Below, piece by piece: positions 62,385-64,000 of a DNA stretch of 64,000 nt. Below the pieces are notes generated by a model. The model worked only from the letters and a program-made list of their open reading frames with translations. It was not told where the DNA came from and searched no databases. Source of the stretch: Pirellulales bacterium (lineage in GTDB: Bacteria > Planctomycetota > Planctomycetia > Pirellulales > PALSA-1355); the NCBI GenBank assembly GCA_963733035.1, contig CAVTBU010000005.1:1600001-1664000 (forward strand). The letters are read 5' to 3'. The translations under genes and the position numbers were made by a program. Each line of letters opens with the position of its first letter. Positions within the stretch are counted from its first letter, which is position 1.

Positions 62385-63647
62385 ATGATCCTTCGGCCGT
62401 TGCTGTTTCTTCTGGTGTTCCTGATGTTTGTGTCGACGTCGGTTGGGATGGCCGAACCGAGTCGGCCGAATATCCTCCTCATACTGGCCGATGACGTCGG
62501 CCGCGAAGTGCTGGGCTGTTACGGTGGTCAAACGTATCAGACGCCCCACCTCGATGCCCTGGCACACGGCGGCCAGCGGTTTACGCACTGCTATAGCATG
62601 CCGGTCTGCCATCCCTCGCGGATCTGCCTGCTCACTGGCAAGTATCCCGCCGTGCTGGGAAATCCCCGCTGGGGAACGTTTCCGCCGGCCGAAGAAGACG
62701 GGACCTTCGCGGCGCGTCTCGGACGCGACGGCTATGCGACCGCGGTCGCCGGCAAATGGCAATTAACGCTCCTCAAAGACGATCCGCGGCAGCCCAAGCG
62801 GATGGGCTTCGACGAGTGGTCGCTGTTTGGATGGCACGAGGGACCCCGGTATCACGACCCGCTAATCTATCAGAACGGTTCGATTCGCCCCGACACGGCC
62901 GGAAAGTTTGGACCCGATCTGTACGTCAACTTTCTGATTGATTTCATCCGTCGCAACCAGGCCGGGCCGTTCCTGGCGTACTACTCGATGGCGCTTTGTC
63001 ACGACGTGACGGACGACATTGGCAAGCCGGTGCCTTATGGTCCCAACGGTCGTTGGTTGTCGTATGCCGAAATGGTCGCCGAAATGGATCGGCAAGTCGG
63101 GCGACTGGTCGGTGCGCTCAACGAACTGCGGCTGCGAGACAAAACGCTGATCCTGTTTATCACCGACAACGGCACCCCGGCTGCATCGTACTTGAAACAC
63201 GAGGACGGCAAGTTCGTCCGCCCGAAGGTCTTCTCCAAAATCGACGGCCGGCTCGTGCAAGGCGGCAAGGGCCAGCTTACCGATTGGGGCACTCGCGTGC
63301 CGCTCATTGCCAACTGGCCCGGGCATGTCGCCGCCAACTCGGTCTGCGACGACCTGGTCGATTTCAGCGACTTTCTGCCGACGCTGTGCGACTTGGCCGG
63401 CGCGGCGCTGCCGTCGGACGCGAAGCTCAACGGGCACAGCTTCACGGCGGAACTACGAGGCGACGGACATTCCCAGCGAACCTGGGCGTACTCCGAAGGA
63501 AAGCCGCATCGTCAATACGTCCGCACACAGCGATACAAGTTGTACTCGTCGGGGGAATTGTTCGACATGCAGAGCGACCCGGACGAACAACAGCCATTGG
63601 ACCAACAGATGCTAACGCTGGAGCAGCAGGCGCAAAACAGTCGCTAA
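62385..63647 (+). CDS. Sulfatase (Cys-type); true end may be 63712 if there is an indel at ~63635
   Basis: PNILLILADD, CHPSR..LLTG, AGKWQL, TDNG. Confidence 0.92.
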   Translation: MILRPLLFLLVFLMFVSTSVGMAEPSRPNILLILADDVGREVLGCYGGQTYQTPHLDALAHGGQRFTHCYSMPVCHPSRICLLTGKYPAVLGNPRWGTFPPAEEDGTFAARLGRDGYATAVAGKWQLTLLKDDPRQPKRMGFDEWSLFGWHEGPRYHDPLIYQNGSIRPDTAGKFGPDLYVNFLIDFIRRNQAGPFLAYYSMALCHDVTDDIGKPVPYGPNGRWLSYAEMVAEMDRQVGRLVGALNELRLRDKTLILFITDNGTPAASYLKHEDGKFVRPKVFSKIDGRLVQGGKGQLTDWGTRVPLIANWPGHVAANSVCDDLVDFSDFLPTLCDLAGAALPSDAKLNGHSFTAELRGDGHSQRTWAYSEGKPHRQYVRTQRYKLYSSGELFDMQSDPDEQQPLDQQMLTLEQQAQNSR

Positions 63648-63863
63648 CCGTCGCGCTTCTTTCGCTCGTCGAGATGGACGAAAAGCGCGAACGCGCTTCG
63701 AGCGCGCGGTAGGACACTCTCGGCCGGCGACCGGTAAAGACCTTGCTTGCGTGGAGCTTGTGGTGGGCGGATAATCCAGGTTTGTCGAGCCGAACTTGCG
63801 TGCTTTTTTGAGGCATGCATTTTGTACCCATTCTGACGCAACTAAGCGAGAAGGGAGATTGCA

Positions 63864-64000
63864 ATGTCACGTCAAGCCGGCGATCGTTATGTTTGCGAAA
63901 AATGCGGAGCGCAGCTGGTCTATGAAAAGCCGTGTCCTTGCGCGGAAACCATGCCACATTCCGAAATCTGCTGTGGGGAGCAGATGAAGCAAGTGAAAGA
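63864..64000 (+). CDS. Small Cys-rich desulforedoxin-like metal-binding protein; runs off the window and is absent from the ORF track
   Basis: AGGGAG RBS; MSRQAGDRYVCEKCGAQLVYEKPCPCAETMPHSEICCGEQMKQVK. Confidence 0.75.
   Translation, partial: MSRQAGDRYVCEKCGAQLVYEKPCPCAETMPHSEICCGEQMKQVK

Overview
High-GC bacterial DNA, almost certainly a planctomycete (Pirellulales-like), judged from four DUF1501 genes, a DUF1549/DUF1553 cytochrome-c protein, DUF1570, an LESRRMLA-type extracellular signal and an ECF sigma/Ser-Thr kinase pair. There are three zones. (1) 1-21.5 kb is core-type genes: mutY, PpiC, enoyl-CoA hydratase, FAD oxidoreductase, DUF1549/DUF1501, PQQ-like propeller, CDF transporter and GAF-SpoIIE. 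(2) A ~20 kb island lies between an intact tRNA-Leu(GAG) (21526-21609) and a 52-bp copy of its 3' part (41731-41782) carrying a different, compensated variable arm. It holds a ~4230-aa secreted He_PIG/dockerin-like protein flanked by two PEP-CTERM proteins, plus a divergent ECF sigma and TPR kinase. The motif TGTCCGC-N11-ACGGCAATT sits upstream of two of the surface genes and is a candidate promoter for that sigma. (3) After a truncated integrase, 42-64 kb is an uncharacterised catabolic region with SSS and NRAMP-like transporters, aldolase, DUF1501s, GntRs, BKACE, Ldh2, ADH, cyclase and sulfatases. About 15 small indels, many in homopolymers or CG repeats, disrupt genes outside the island and look like long-read errors. 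All product calls come from motif recognition by eye, not from database searches.
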